Positions 26,482 to 37,306 of a stretch of 64,000 nt of DNA are shown piece by piece. The notes beneath the pieces were generated by a model, which saw only the letters and a program-made list of their open reading frames with translations, was not told where the DNA came from and ran no database searches. Origin of the DNA: a virus. Each line of letters begins with the position of its first letter. Positions within the stretch are counted from its first letter, which is position 1. Location of the stretch: positions 1 to 64,000 of the IMG/VR virus record IMGVR_UViG_3300038468_000170, one strand, 5' to 3'. The position numbers were made by a program, and so were the translations under genes.

Positions 26482-27693
26482 ATGGGCTACCTGGCAGGTC
26501 ACGGTCGATACGGAAGGGAGACGTACCCCACCTCCGGCGGAAACGGAGGCGGAGGCGCGGCGATCGTTCCTCTCACTCGCCAGAGGTTCATCGACGGAGG
26601 CACGTCGCAGCCCGGACTGACAGGATCAGCGGCAGAGCCTTTCAAAACCATCGCGCAGTTCGTTGCGTCTCGTCCCAACACTTCGGCACTCGATTCGCAA
26701 GCGAACTACGTCGGCTGGGTCATGCCGGCGATCAACAACTACGTCGAGAACGTGAGTCTGCCGCCGTACAAATCTACCGAACTGCGAGCCGACTCAAGCG
26801 GTGCGGGCATCACCGGAAACGTTACCTGGAACAACGTTGCTGGATTGAACACCCCGATCGCCGCTATCTGTACGCTTCACAACATGAGCGTGTCAGGAGT
26901 GGTCACCGTCACGGACGACGCCGGAGCTCCGCCTTCCATCTTTATCATCAGCGGGGACGAATTGGGGGATGCGAGCGCCATTATCAATGAGTTCGTTTCG
27001 AACACAACCACCAAACTCGGCGCGGTCGAGTTCTTCAACGTTTCCGTGAATGACATCGACACGGGTACCGATATTCCGGCTCGTGCTGCGGTCGTAGGCG
27101 TTCACACGCAATTCAGTGGCGCCATATCTGGATCCTCGTTCGAGGCCATAGATTGTATTTTGAACGTCAGCACCATCTCAGTGAATGCTATCGGACAAGC
27201 ATCGTTCATCGGTTGCGCCTTCATTCCAGGATCCAACCCGGCACTCACTTGTCTAGCCGGGTCTTTGTTCGATGGTCCCTCGTGGCGAAGCTTTTTGGAG
27301 GCCGGCGGTACGCGCACGGCTGGTACTGTCGTGCTCGTCGTCGGGGGATACAGCGGCGGCGAGATTCGTGGCGCCGATTTGACATCCGCTAGCACAAGCG
27401 TGTCTCTCAACGGAGGAGTAGGGTCTGATTTTACCGGCTCGAATTCCGGAAACCACTACGTGTCCTCGAGCGTGACTCCAACTAGCGTCACGCTCTTGAC
27501 CAGCGGAGCGCTCCCCGGAGACACGATCCTCATCACCAGAACGAGTTCCGAAGCAAGCAATCTGGCCGTCAAGAACAGTGTCGGCGCCGTGATCGCGACG
27601 ATTCCGACTGGAAGTCGAGGATTCGTGCTTGCCCAGTTCGATGGTGGCCTGAGCGAGTGGATCTTCGCGGAGGGCGGCGCGCTCGCTGCTTGA
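26482..27693 (+). CDS. Putative spike protein, ETYP family
   Basis: MGYLAGHGRYGRETYP N-terminus; beta-helix-like body. Confidence 0.7.
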   Translation: MGYLAGHGRYGRETYPTSGGNGGGGAAIVPLTRQRFIDGGTSQPGLTGSAAEPFKTIAQFVASRPNTSALDSQANYVGWVMPAINNYVENVSLPPYKSTELRADSSGAGITGNVTWNNVAGLNTPIAAICTLHNMSVSGVVTVTDDAGAPPSIFIISGDELGDASAIINEFVSNTTTKLGAVEFFNVSVNDIDTGTDIPARAAVVGVHTQFSGAISGSSFEAIDCILNVSTISVNAIGQASFIGCAFIPGSNPALTCLAGSLFDGPSWRSFLEAGGTRTAGTVVLVVGGYSGGEIRGADLTSASTSVSLNGGVGSDFTGSNSGNHYVSSSVTPTSVTLLTSGALPGDTILITRTSSEASNLAVKNSVGAVIATIPTGSRGFVLAQFDGGLSEWIFAEGGALAA

Positions 27694-27700
27694 CAGAATC

Positions 27701-28324
27701 ATGTCGTACATCATCGGCAGAGGCAGGAACGCTCGTGAGACCTATCCGGATCGGCCATCATCGTCGTCCGGGGCGATCATACGTGTCGGCTACGACGCGA
27801 TCGTCGAAGAATTCGATTTGGCAGAACCTGGCTCTCCCACGTACTTACCGAGAAACGTTGCGCTTGATCCGGTTCAGGTGACGTTCCCAGCGTTCGCCCT
27901 CGGCAATACGCTCGAGGTGGACTTCAAACTGAACGGCATCTGGTCGTCGGAAACGCCCGGACCTTCAACCGTTCAAACTCAGATCGCAGTGAGTCTCGAT
28001 GGAGGAGTAACTTTCTACACGCTCTCGCCATCGACGGCTCTGGCAGAAGTGGACGTCAATGCGAACAACGTGGTCCTTTTGCGGAGTCTCGACGCCATCC
28101 GAATCGTCGATCCGATGCCGGTCGTCGTAAACGGATTTCCCGGTACGATCCCTGTCACGTCTCCGCCCATAGTTCGCGTTTTTTACACTTCCGACGAAGG
28201 AAGCGTGCTCCTGAACGGCAGCGTCGACGAACTCACACTCCCGGGCGCAATTCTGAAATGCAGCGAACTCGCTGCGGCATCTGTCTTTCAGGGGCCTCTT
28301 GGTCAGCTCGCAATTACCACATGA
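27701..28324 (+). CDS. Putative spike/decoration protein, ETYP family
   Basis: MSYIIGRGRNARETYP; VSLDGG..F Asp-box-like motif. Confidence 0.7.
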   Translation: MSYIIGRGRNARETYPDRPSSSSGAIIRVGYDAIVEEFDLAEPGSPTYLPRNVALDPVQVTFPAFALGNTLEVDFKLNGIWSSETPGPSTVQTQIAVSLDGGVTFYTLSPSTALAEVDVNANNVVLLRSLDAIRIVDPMPVVVNGFPGTIPVTSPPIVRVFYTSDEGSVLLNGSVDELTLPGAILKCSELAAASVFQGPLGQLAITT

Positions 28325-28599
28325 ACGACCTTTACCTGCTCGCCGCGCTCATCGGTGCGACGCTCATCGTCGTACGGGGAACGATCTTTTCGTCTGTTCG
28401 ACGAATTTGGCCGGCGCTTCTCGAGTGCAGCCAGTGTACCGGCGCATGGATCGGGGCAGCAGCGGGAGCAATCGGAGTCGTGCCCGCGGGACACGGTCGA
28501 GCTCTCGATTCGTTCATCGTGGGCGCAGCGACGAGTTTCTTGTCCATGCTGGCCGACGCGGTGCTCTTGAAGCTGCTCGGTGACCCAGACGAATCGTAA
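28321..28599 (+). CDS. DUF1360-like membrane protein
   Basis: TM helices with LLECSQCTGAWIG. Confidence 0.6.
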   Translation: MNDLYLLAALIGATLIVVRGTIFSSVRRIWPALLECSQCTGAWIGAAAGAIGVVPAGHGRALDSFIVGAATSFLSMLADAVLLKLLGDPDES

Positions 28600-28626
28600 T
28601 TTTTCCAAAGCCCTGACCGGTCGGGC

Positions 28627-29313
28627 TCAAAAAGAAGGAGCGGTATCGTGTGCGGACTGTTCGTCACCCATCGGAAAATTGACGCAAGCGAATTCGCCGA
28701 AGAGTTGACGCGCAGCGTTGTCGTACGCACGAGCGGCCTCTACTTCGGTTTTGAAACGCCCGATGTGGATCAACTTGAGATTGACACGAATACGTGCTTT
28801 CCAAGAACTACTTGCCGAATCTCTGGTCACCCCCTTGTACTTCGACGTGCCGCACGATTTTTTTCTGGAGTTGCGCGCGTTTTGAGCGTCGGTTGCCTTG
28901 CGCAAGTTTTCACGACGATTGTCGAGACCGTCACCGTTCTTGTGATCGACTTCCTCAGAAAAACTCGCGTTGAAGAGCCATCGGTGAAGTCTGATTGTCA
29001 CGCCTTGCTCTTCTCGAACCGCGTACCTTCGTCCTGTTTTCGGGTGCTTGTAGAGATACCAGAGGTGCCGCATCACTCTCTTGGCGTCTCGAACATCGAT
29101 CTTCGTGAAGGTGCCTTGCGTGAGCGGCACGAAAAACACGCCCGACTCGATGTACGGCCTAGCTCGCGTCGCTTTCGCTCTAGTCGCTCCCGCAACACCC
29201 CCGGCACGGCAACCGTTCTGCACAGCTGTTTGAATGCACGTCGTCGCTCCGCACGTCTTGCGCCTTCGTTTACGAGGTTTGCCGCAGACACCACACAGTT
29301 GTACGCCAGCCAT
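28627..29313 (-). CDS. HNH endonuclease with AP2 domain
   Basis: VDHKNGDGLDNRRENLR; SKYKGV...WKARI...EAARAYD...FGEFACVNF. Confidence 0.92.
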   Translation of the reverse strand: MAGVQLCGVCGKPRKRRRKTCGATTCIQTAVQNGCRAGGVAGATRAKATRARPYIESGVFFVPLTQGTFTKIDVRDAKRVMRHLWYLYKHPKTGRRYAVREEQGVTIRLHRWLFNASFSEEVDHKNGDGLDNRRENLRKATDAQNARNSRKKSCGTSKYKGVTRDSASSSWKARIRVNLKLIHIGRFKTEVEAARAYDNAARQLFGEFACVNFPMGDEQSAHDTAPSF

Positions 29314-29633
29314 TGTTCGCCTCTCCTTCCGAGGTTGAACCGGGCCCCGGTCGGTGAGACGACGCGGGGCCATTTACCAAAGGAGAAGACCGTATCATGC
29401 GCCGCAAATTACGCAATTTGAAGAATAAGTCTGGCGACAGCCAAAATGGCGCCCCGCGCCAGCTCATCGACGAAGCGCTGTACCACGAGCGTCGTCAAGC
29501 CAGCCTGGGCGGGAATCCGCCTCGCTTCGACAGCGAATATTCGGGGTGGAGTCACGCGAGTCGTCCACGCGATCAAGCGATCTCTCTGCGCAGATCACAA
29601 GGGCCGTCAGGACCGAGCGGACCGAGATGATGA

Positions 29634-31235
29634 ATGCCTTACGTCGTAGGCAGAGGTCGATACGCTCGTGAGACCTACCCAGAGCCCCGTGGTCCTGGTG
29701 GCAGTGGCGTAGGCCCCACCGGGCCACAAGGGCCTACCGGCCCGGTGAGCACTACACCGGGGCCCACCGGACCGACGGGTCCGAGCGGAGGAACGCTTGC
29801 GTTTGCGTCACCCCAGGCGGCGCAGGCATTCGACTTCTCGAGCCAAACCGACTTCACGGTCGCGAGCGTCGGCGTCGTCAACGACCTCTACCTTTTGCAG
29901 AAGACTCCGCCCGTCGCGCCGACGAGCGATGGCCTGAACGTCATCACTCCCGCGGGGCCGCCGGGAGCGCGTCTATTTCGCATCTACGTCCCGAACACCC
30001 CCGCGTCCTATCAAGCGTCGTGGGCCGTCAACTCGGCGTCTGGAGACGACCGAAACGACGGCACTCCAGCGCATCCGCTCCAGACCGGCACCGAGCTCGC
30101 ACGGCGCTTCAATAGCGCGAACTTCCAAATCACCGACGTCGACGTGGCGATCACCGGCACAATCAGCGGGGTTCCCCTAGACCGCATCTCGTGCGCAGGA
30201 GGAACTCTCGTCAAGATTCATGGAAACGTGACGAGCTCGGCGCCTCGAGCCATCGCAACCGTGACGCCCGAGAGCCCGAGCACGAACGTGCGCGGACATA
30301 TCACCGACGCGGGCGGAGCGTTTGCGCAGGGCCAGCGCCTTCGGCTCGTCACGGGAACTCACACGGGCTACGTGGCCTATTGCCTTGCAGGGACAACCGC
30401 GACGGACGCGGTCGTGTCGCAGTGGTCGCTGCTCGGCGATTTGCACGGCACCTTCAACACGGTACCGTCGCAGGCGAATCCCACCGCGGGAGACCAATAC
30501 GTTACCGACACGTTGACGTCGACGCTGTCGCTCGGACCGATCTCAGCCGAGGTGACGAACTCTGGACGGCTTCTCTTCGAGGATCTCATCTTCAGTCAGG
30601 ATCTCTCGGGCGGCTTCAAAAACTACCAGTACGGATCGACCCGGCAAAACCAGTCGACACTCGGAGGCGTAGTGTTCGCCGCGTGCAAATGGGATAGCAG
30701 CGCAGCAGCAGGGCTTGCGACGAGCTCTGGCGGCATGTTCCTCCAGTGCCTCTTTCAAGCGCAGTTCGGACTCTTCTTCGGATCAGCAGGGGTTGGACGA
30801 AACTGCGTTTGGAACGGAGGCATTTCGGGAGGATTTGCCGGGCTCAACGTGTTCGGGGGCGGATCGTACATTCAGCTCTCGAACGCGAACTATCTCGACC
30901 AGTCCGGAATCGTGCAGACCTCAGGAGGATTCGTCGAATCGAACGGCGCAACCATCACCGGAAACCAAGGACCGGGCGGAACGACGTGCTGGGAGGTCGA
31001 TCCCGGATGCTTCGTCTACTCTCACAATAACGCGCGCTTCTGGGGTCCGGCGGGTGCGACGAATTACGGGCTCGCGATCCGCGTCTTCACGAACGGCGCC
31101 TACTCTTACGTGAACGTCCCAACGCTTGCCGGTTCGACTGTCGCTGACACCGAAGTCTCTGGCACCACGAAAGCGTACGCGGCATTGCCGTTTTTCAATA
31201 CCACAACCCCAGGCAACATTTCGAACCTCACATGA
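29634..31235 (+). CDS. Spike/fibre protein: ETYP N-terminus, short collagen stretch, beta-helix-like body
   Basis: MPYVVGRGRYARETYP; GPT repeats; SGDDRNDGTPAHPLQT. Confidence 0.7.
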   Translation: MPYVVGRGRYARETYPEPRGPGGSGVGPTGPQGPTGPVSTTPGPTGPTGPSGGTLAFASPQAAQAFDFSSQTDFTVASVGVVNDLYLLQKTPPVAPTSDGLNVITPAGPPGARLFRIYVPNTPASYQASWAVNSASGDDRNDGTPAHPLQTGTELARRFNSANFQITDVDVAITGTISGVPLDRISCAGGTLVKIHGNVTSSAPRAIATVTPESPSTNVRGHITDAGGAFAQGQRLRLVTGTHTGYVAYCLAGTTATDAVVSQWSLLGDLHGTFNTVPSQANPTAGDQYVTDTLTSTLSLGPISAEVTNSGRLLFEDLIFSQDLSGGFKNYQYGSTRQNQSTLGGVVFAACKWDSSAAAGLATSSGGMFLQCLFQAQFGLFFGSAGVGRNCVWNGGISGGFAGLNVFGGGSYIQLSNANYLDQSGIVQTSGGFVESNGATITGNQGPGGTTCWEVDPGCFVYSHNNARFWGPAGATNYGLAIRVFTNGAYSYVNVPTLAGSTVADTEVSGTTKAYAALPFFNTTTPGNISNLT

Positions 31236-31708
31236 TGCGCCCCGGCCTTCCTCTCTTCTATCGACTGATTCCGAGCTCGCTCGAGAACGAGCTACGGATC
31301 CGCTTCGACTCCGTCGCTCTGGCGGGATCATTCCGAACGCGCGTCACGGGGGCAACAACGCTCGGCGATCGAGAGCTCGACGTGTGGGGCCCGGTCGTCG
31401 GAGAAGGGTCGGACGCGCTTCTCGTCGATCGAAGCTACGGCTTGCTTCCGAGGACCGGTGTGCACCTCTGCCTCGAAGACTCGACGGAAGCGATCGTGAA
31501 CTGGTGCTACACAGGGCCCTTCTCTGTAAACGAGAAAGATTTCCCACTCACCGTGCCGGTGCCGGGGCGCTGGGACACGATGCGCGAGGCGGCCGTGCGT
31601 TACCTACGCGGGAACGGCGCCCTCACGGGGGTGACCGACGACGAGATTCGCGCGAGCCTCAACGCACTCGGCTACCAATGGGGAACGTTCACGCTTTCAA
31701 AGGAGTGA
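31232..31708 (+). CDS. Hypothetical protein
   Basis: ATGA overlap. Confidence 0.6.
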   Translation: MMRPGLPLFYRLIPSSLENELRIRFDSVALAGSFRTRVTGATTLGDRELDVWGPVVGEGSDALLVDRSYGLLPRTGVHLCLEDSTEAIVNWCYTGPFSVNEKDFPLTVPVPGRWDTMREAAVRYLRGNGALTGVTDDEIRASLNALGYQWGTFTLSKE

Positions 31709-31718
31709 GGAGTGACCC

Positions 31719-32462
31719 ATGAGCCCTTTACGTTGTTGTGGGATCACAGGGCCCACTGGCCCGACAGGACCTGGGGGCGGAGGAATTGGCCCGACAGGAC
31801 CGACAGGACCGGGGGGCGGAGGAGCTGGACCCACTGGACCGACAGGACCTAGTGGCGATCCTGGCCCTATCGGACCAAGCGGTCCTGCTGGACCCACCGG
31901 GCCTCAAGGACCGACGGGGCCACAAGGGCCAAGCGGTCCTTCCGGACCGACAGGACCGGGAGGAGCAGCCGGACCGACGGGGCCACAGGGACCCACCGGG
32001 CCTCAGGGACCGACGGGACCTGGCGGACCGACGGGGCCAACGGGCCCCACTGGGCCACAAGGGCCGACCGGGCCGGCGCCTACAGTAACAGCTCTAGTAG
32101 GACCGGCAGTTACGGCGGCGCTTCCGGGCAACAACACCTCCTTCATGCGGTTTGGGATCCAAACAGTCACGGCAACAGAGACCAATGCTCAGTTCAACTT
32201 CGGATCTCAAAGCGTCACTCTCTACGGAATTTCAATTGTCATTCCGCTCGGCACAACGACCGATAACATTACTCTCACCATTAACAAGAACTTAGTTGCC
32301 ACGGCGATCACGGTGACTTTGCCTGTAGGGAACATCGTAGCATCCGCTGTTTTCTCTCCTGGTGTCACTTTCTCGCCGACAGATCTCGCGTCGATTCACA
32401 TCACACAAAGCGGCACGGAAACCAGCGCCGTCAACATGAAATGCATGCTGTCTGTTAAGTAG
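31719..32462 (+). CDS. Collagen-like fibre protein (MSPLRCCG family)
   Basis: Long G-P-(T/S/Q) repeat with a ~120-aa beta-rich head. Confidence 0.85.
   Translation: MSPLRCCGITGPTGPTGPGGGGIGPTGPTGPGGGGAGPTGPTGPSGDPGPIGPSGPAGPTGPQGPTGPQGPSGPSGPTGPGGAAGPTGPQGPTGPQGPTGPGGPTGPTGPTGPQGPTGPAPTVTALVGPAVTAALPGNNTSFMRFGIQTVTATETNAQFNFGSQSVTLYGISIVIPLGTTTDNITLTINKNLVATAITVTLPVGNIVASAVFSPGVTFSPTDLASIHITQSGTETSAVNMKCMLSVK
31826..32057 (+). repeat. Direct repeat copy A (collagen-coding), partner at 36700-36949
   Basis: Identical blocks of 81 bp (31826-31906 = 36700-36780) and 131 bp (31908-32038 = 36800-36930). Confidence 0.9.
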
Positions 32463-32468
32463 CGCGTC

Positions 32469-33119
32469 ATGGCCTACATCATCGGTCAAGGACGCCATGC
32501 GCGCGAAACCTACCCTGAGCCGCACGGCCCCGGAGGAGGCAGAGTTGGACCTACTGGTCCCACTGGACCGCCCGGAACAGAGGGGCCAACCGGTCCCTTC
32601 GGCGGCCCGACGGGTCCTGCTGGACCTCCAGGACCAGAGGGGCCATCCGGATCACAAGGCCCAAGTGGGCCACGCGGAAACGACGGACCCCAGGGACCCA
32701 TAGGTCCTACTGGCCCAGGCGGCGGCCCGCCCGGCCCGGCCGGACCAACAGGGCCGGCTGGTACAGGTGGCACCGCGATCAACGTGACGACGACCGACGG
32801 TACGCCAACGCTACTCCTCGCCTTTCCTTTCGTGAACAACACAACGTACAGCTTCCAGATTGCGATCTCGGCTAGACAAACAGCCGGAGGCGTAGGACGC
32901 GCGACCTTCGTACGTTGGTGGAGCGCGTATCGAGAAGGTGGCGGCGCGGCGACGCTCCTTGGTACGCCCGCAAACCCGATCACGGACAATAAGAGCGTCC
33001 TAGACGGATCCGCAGCATGGGACGTGCTCGTCGACACCGACGGCAAGCTCTACGTGCAGGGCGAAGACGGAAAAACGATCAATTGGTCAGGCACATACTT
33101 CGTAACGGCGGCAACATGA
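32469..33119 (+). CDS. Collagen-like fibre protein, ETYP family
   Basis: [16 protein letters not shown] plus GXY repeats plus head domain. Confidence 0.85.
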   Translation: MAYIIGQGRHARETYPEPHGPGGGRVGPTGPTGPPGTEGPTGPFGGPTGPAGPPGPEGPSGSQGPSGPRGNDGPQGPIGPTGPGGGPPGPAGPTGPAGTGGTAINVTTTDGTPTLLLAFPFVNNTTYSFQIAISARQTAGGVGRATFVRWWSAYREGGGAATLLGTPANPITDNKSVLDGSAAWDVLVDTDGKLYVQGEDGKTINWSGTYFVTAAT

Positions 33120-33388
33120 CCATCTATGTGGACGAACTCGTGTCCTGGGATACCCTCAACCGACACATCGGTTGTCGGCTTTTCACGAACCCATTCGTGG
33201 AAGATCCGGAAAGCACGGAAGAGCTCCACCGAATCGCGGCGTCGCTCGGCCTATCGCCCGACCTCCATTTCGTGCGTGGCACCTATCTTCTCGTGAAGGC
33301 GCGCCGCCAAATGGCGATCGAGCGCGGCGCCGTCGACATCGCTGAAAACTCGATCTTCAGATTCGTGGAGCCGACCGATGGCGGGTAG
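33116..33388 (+). CDS. DUF4031-like protein
   Basis: MTIYVD...[12 protein letters not shown]...[13 protein letters not shown]. Confidence 0.55.
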   Translation: MTIYVDELVSWDTLNRHIGCRLFTNPFVEDPESTEELHRIAASLGLSPDLHFVRGTYLLVKARRQMAIERGAVDIAENSIFRFVEPTDGG

Positions 33389-36300
33389 CTGGACGCATAC
33401 CTTTTCGGCACCAGCCGGGGCGGCGTTTCCTGTCGGGATAATGCTCTCGGACGGACGGATCCTGTTCGGGGATGACGCCGGGCTACCGTCAACACCCACC
33501 GTGCCGGCGGTTTTCACGGCGCCATTCAACTGGTGGATCCTGACTCCCGACTCGAACGGAAACTATCACACGGGCACGTTCGCGCGGGTGCGCACGAGCT
33601 TCGGAGCGCACCTCTACTCGCCGCTTGCGCTCGCGAACGACGGAGAGTTCTACGTGTTCGGCGGCGAGTATCAGATGTCCTCGCCGTTTTTCAATACGTG
33701 CGAGCTCTTTCGGACCCGCTCGAACGTGTGGGAACTTTTGCCGAACCCACCATGGCCTGGAAACCGAAACGGTGACGATGCGGGCCAGGTACTGAATGAC
33801 GGCCGCCTCTTCGTCGTAGCGATCGGGGCCGGCTCGGCCATATTCGATCCGGCGACGGGGACCTGGACTAGCGCGGCATCTCAGCCGGTGTCGCTCGACG
33901 AAGCATCGAATGTACTCCTCCCGAACGGCGCGATGCCGTTCACGGACTGCTTCAATCCTCCGGCGACGTACCGATACGATCCGGGAACCAACACATGGTT
34001 CGCCGATGCGAACACGACCACGGATCTCATTCGCACCCTGACCGCAGAAATCGGACCGTGGATCCTCTTACCAGACGGGCGGGCGTGGCTCATCGGGGGG
34101 AACGGCCACACGAACTACTACACGCCGAACGCTTCGCCGCTCCTCGCTGGCACATTCGCCGCCGGTCCGGACCTCCCGATCGATCCGCTCACCGGCGCGC
34201 TCATGCAGATCAACGACGGAGACGGCCTTTTACAAGTCGACGGCACGATCTTCTTTTTCGCCGGCCCGAACGGAGACACTCCCCCGGTCGGTCCCGGCGC
34301 GGCGTTTCCGTCACCTGCCTACACTCTCGTCGGCGATCCGATCGGCAACACGGTGACGCGCGTCGCCGATGCGCCGGGAGGACTCGCGTCGAACCCATCG
34401 CTTGCGCTCCGGACGATCATGCTGCCGACGGGCGACATTCTCGTGTTCTTTCAGGGCACGCTCGCCATCTGGAACACAGGGGCCGGACCGAACAACGCCT
34501 GGCGGCCGACGATCACGAAGTGTCCAAAAGGACTCCAGGGCGGCCAGACGTACTCACTTACCGGCACGCAATTGAACGGCATCGCCCGCTCGAACTCCGG
34601 AGGCGACGACTACTGGCAAAACCAGTTGCCGCTCATCAGAATCACGCACGTCGCAAGCGGCACAGTGACCTATTGCCGGAGTTACGGGCTCTCGACACTT
34701 GCCGTAGCAACGGGCGGCGCGCCCATCACGATGAAATTCACGGTGCCGCTCGGGATCCCGCTCGGACCGAGCACGCTCGAGGTGGTCTCGAACGGCATCG
34801 CGAATCAGACGCCGGTCGCGGTGACGGTGTTCCCGCAAACGCGGTTTGGCGTATCGGGGATCGGCATCGACTCGGATCATTCAGTGCCGGCAAATGTCGA
34901 GGTCGCGGAGCTACAGGTTGCCCGCGGAGCGATCTCGTGGCCGGCGGACGGACCCGGCCCGGCACTCACCCAGGACACGACAACCACCGGATCAGGTCGC
35001 ACCGCGCAGCTTGCGCCGCAATGCTCGACGGTTGCGCAAGGGGGCGCGACAGCCGTGCCGAGCGCGCCGTTTTCGGGGGGCATCACGCCCGGAGCCCCGG
35101 TGCTCTCGATTGCAGGAGACGGCGCTGGAAGCGGCGGGGCAGGTGGTCAGTTCCAAGCGCAAGGTGGACGAGGGTCCCCGAGCGGCACATCGGCGGGAGG
35201 CGCTGCCGCGGTAATCGGCGGTGACGGCGGATTCAATCTCGGTGCTGGCGGTACAGGCACGATCAGCGGTGGCAACAGCGCTTCGAAATCCGCGGGCGGA
35301 AACGCAGTCGCTCACGGAGGCCAGAACATCCCTGGTACCGGTAACCCCGGCATCGTGCGACTCGATCGCAGCGCAGAGATACTCATGACCGGAGTCGGTG
35401 CCGTGCCGGTGGCTCCGATCGCTGGCTCCCATCAGGTTGCAATCTACGCAAAGAACACAAACCCATCCGAGCTCCACGTCGTGGAAGATGACGGCACGGA
35501 CTTTACGATCGGTGGCACGGGAGCACGCTTACTCGGCGACTTCAACACAGCGGGCGTCTACAACGTCACGGTGCCCGCGAATGTGAGCCGCATCTGGGGC
35601 CAAATCAGAAACGGTGCCGGAGGCGGCGCGGGCGGTGGAAGCGGAGCCGGCGGACAACAAGGAGGCGCAGCTCAGACCGGTGGCGGTGGTGGTGGCCCGG
35701 GGGGCAACGGCATGAACTGCGCCTCCGAGGCCATGCCCGCGTGTCTCGTGACCCCTGGCGATAGCCTGACCATTACGGTTGGCGCGGGCGGCACGGGCGG
35801 CACGGGCGGCGCGGCCGTTGCTTTCGATACCGACGGCAACGGAGGCGCGGGAGGTAAGGCCGGTGGGATCACGAGCATATTCAACGCCACGACCGGAAAG
35901 TTTCTCATCAAGGGCGCTAACAACACGGGCGGCGGACTCGGGCCGAATACTGCTGCGCTGTCCGGTACGCACGGCGGAAACGGTGGTCAAGTACCGTCGA
36001 CGATGCGCGGCGTCTGGGGTCAGAACGCGCTACCAGGTACGGCGGTTGGAATCGTTGGCCCGGCGGGCGGGGCAGGAGGGCTCAGCGCGAACGGTACTAA
36101 TTCGATCACACTCACGGCTCTCCTAAATACGTTCGCGGTCGGATCAGATCCTCACACGCCGGTCGAGCAACTGACATTCGGCGGGATCTCTGCCGGCACC
36201 ACGCAGGTGCAACGTGGAAACACGGGAGCGGGTGGTGCGGTACTCGGATTTTCGGGCGGCGGAGGCGGCGGGTGTCCAGGATTCTCGAGCGGCACAGGTG

Positions 36301-36560
36301 ACGAAGCAACGATCGATGGTGTGGTCGCTCCTCTCCCAACTGACGGTCGTGGCGGAGACGGAGGCAATGGCGGCTCCCAAATCGGACCGACCTTGCCTGT
36401 CGCCGGAGGTAACGGAACCAACGGAATAGATGGCCGAGGTGGAGGCGGGGGAGGCGGAGGCGGGGGAGGTTCGGCAGGAAACCCAATCGGCCAAGGGGGC
36501 GCAGCAGGCGGAAATGGCGGCAACGGCTCGGACGGTCGCGCCGTGCTGTTTGTCGCCTAG
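33378..36560 (+). CDS. Large Kelch/galactose-oxidase-like beta-propeller + Ig-like + Gly-rich fibre protein
   Basis: Repeated L.DGR...GG blade motifs, WRPTIT...LTGTQLNG...LEVVSNGIA, Gly-rich C-terminal half. Confidence 0.75.
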   Translation: MAGSWTHTFSAPAGAAFPVGIMLSDGRILFGDDAGLPSTPTVPAVFTAPFNWWILTPDSNGNYHTGTFARVRTSFGAHLYSPLALANDGEFYVFGGEYQMSSPFFNTCELFRTRSNVWELLPNPPWPGNRNGDDAGQVLNDGRLFVVAIGAGSAIFDPATGTWTSAASQPVSLDEASNVLLPNGAMPFTDCFNPPATYRYDPGTNTWFADANTTTDLIRTLTAEIGPWILLPDGRAWLIGGNGHTNYYTPNASPLLAGTFAAGPDLPIDPLTGALMQINDGDGLLQVDGTIFFFAGPNGDTPPVGPGAAFPSPAYTLVGDPIGNTVTRVADAPGGLASNPSLALRTIMLPTGDILVFFQGTLAIWNTGAGPNNAWRPTITKCPKGLQGGQTYSLTGTQLNGIARSNSGGDDYWQNQLPLIRITHVASGTVTYCRSYGLSTLAVATGGAPITMKFTVPLGIPLGPSTLEVVSNGIANQTPVAVTVFPQTRFGVSGIGIDSDHSVPANVEVAELQVARGAISWPADGPGPALTQDTTTTGSGRTAQLAPQCSTVAQGGATAVPSAPFSGGITPGAPVLSIAGDGAGSGGAGGQFQAQGGRGSPSGTSAGGAAAVIGGDGGFNLGAGGTGTISGGNSASKSAGGNAVAHGGQNIPGTGNPGIVRLDRSAEILMTGVGAVPVAPIAGSHQVAIYAKNTNPSELHVVEDDGTDFTIGGTGARLLGDFNTAGVYNVTVPANVSRIWGQIRNGAGGGAGGGSGAGGQQGGAAQTGGGGGGPGGNGMNCASEAMPACLVTPGDSLTITVGAGGTGGTGGAAVAFDTDGNGGAGGKAGGITSIFNATTGKFLIKGANNTGGGLGPNTAALSGTHGGNGGQVPSTMRGVWGQNALPGTAVGIVGPAGGAGGLSANGTNSITLTALLNTFAVGSDPHTPVEQLTFGGISAGTTQVQRGNTGAGGAVLGFSGGGGGGCPGFSSGTGDEATIDGVVAPLPTDGRGGDGGNGGSQIGPTLPVAGGNGTNGIDGRGGGGGGGGGGGSAGNPIGQGGAAGGNGGNGSDGRAVLFVA

Positions 36561-36607
36561 TGAGGCACTAAGAAGATTACAATCCCGAGACAGATACGAG
36601 ACAATCA

Positions 36608-37306
36608 ATGAGCCCTTTACGCTGCTGCGGGGTCACGGGACCTACCGGGCCCGCCGGATTTGGGCCCACCGGACCGACGGGACCGGGTGGCGGAGGGGTT
36701 GGACCCACTGGACCGACAGGACCTAGTGGCGATCCTGGCCCTATCGGACCAAGCGGTCCTGCTGGACCCACCGGGCCTCAGGGACCCACAGGACCTGGCG
36801 GACCGACGGGGCCACAAGGGCCAAGCGGTCCTTCCGGACCGACAGGACCGGGAGGAGCAGCCGGACCGACGGGGCCACAGGGACCCACCGGGCCTCAGGG
36901 ACCGACGGGACCTGGCGGACCGACGGGGCCGACGGGCCCCACTGGGCCAGCCGGACAAAGCTTTCTCTCCTTCGGAGAATCCGGTCCGACGGTCGCGAAC
37001 GCTTTCCTCGGTGCGTGGAACATCAACGGCAACGCGACCGAGAACGTGCAGAAGTACCCGGCGCCCTTCACCGGGAACCTCTCGAACACCACGGTCTACT
37101 CTACGAGCGGTAACTTCAGCGGTAACTGCACTTATACGCTCCGCGTGAACGGAGTGAACTCCGCCATCACCATCAACGTCACGAACGCCGCCTCAAGCTT
37201 CTCCGACACACATACGGTCGCGGTCACTCGAGGAAACCTGCTCTCGGTGCAAGAGAGCGCCGTCATCAACAACTCCGCCATTTGGTTCAACATGAGATAC
37301 ACATGA
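36608..37306 (+). CDS. Collagen-like fibre protein (MSPLRCCG family)
   Basis: Shares N-terminus and collagen DNA with 31719-32462; different head. Confidence 0.85.
   Translation: MSPLRCCGVTGPTGPAGFGPTGPTGPGGGGVGPTGPTGPSGDPGPIGPSGPAGPTGPQGPTGPGGPTGPQGPSGPSGPTGPGGAAGPTGPQGPTGPQGPTGPGGPTGPTGPTGPAGQSFLSFGESGPTVANAFLGAWNINGNATENVQKYPAPFTGNLSNTTVYSTSGNFSGNCTYTLRVNGVNSAITINVTNAASSFSDTHTVAVTRGNLLSVQESAVINNSAIWFNMRYT
36700..36949 (+). repeat. Direct repeat copy B (collagen-coding)
   Basis: See copy A; differs by an 18-bp indel and isolated substitutions. Confidence 0.9.

Noticed and set aside
29397-29630. 77-aa ORF before the spike gene
   Set aside because: No recognisable features; may be a remnant disrupted by the HNH insertion, and cannot be supported.
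31697-37092. Minus-strand 'GPVGP' collagen-like ORFs
   Set aside because: Reverse-complement artefact of GGN-CCN codon repeats.
31719-37306. Diversity-generating retroelement TR/VR pair
   Set aside because: No reverse transcriptase in the window; the repeats cover the stalk and show no adenine-specific mismatch pattern.
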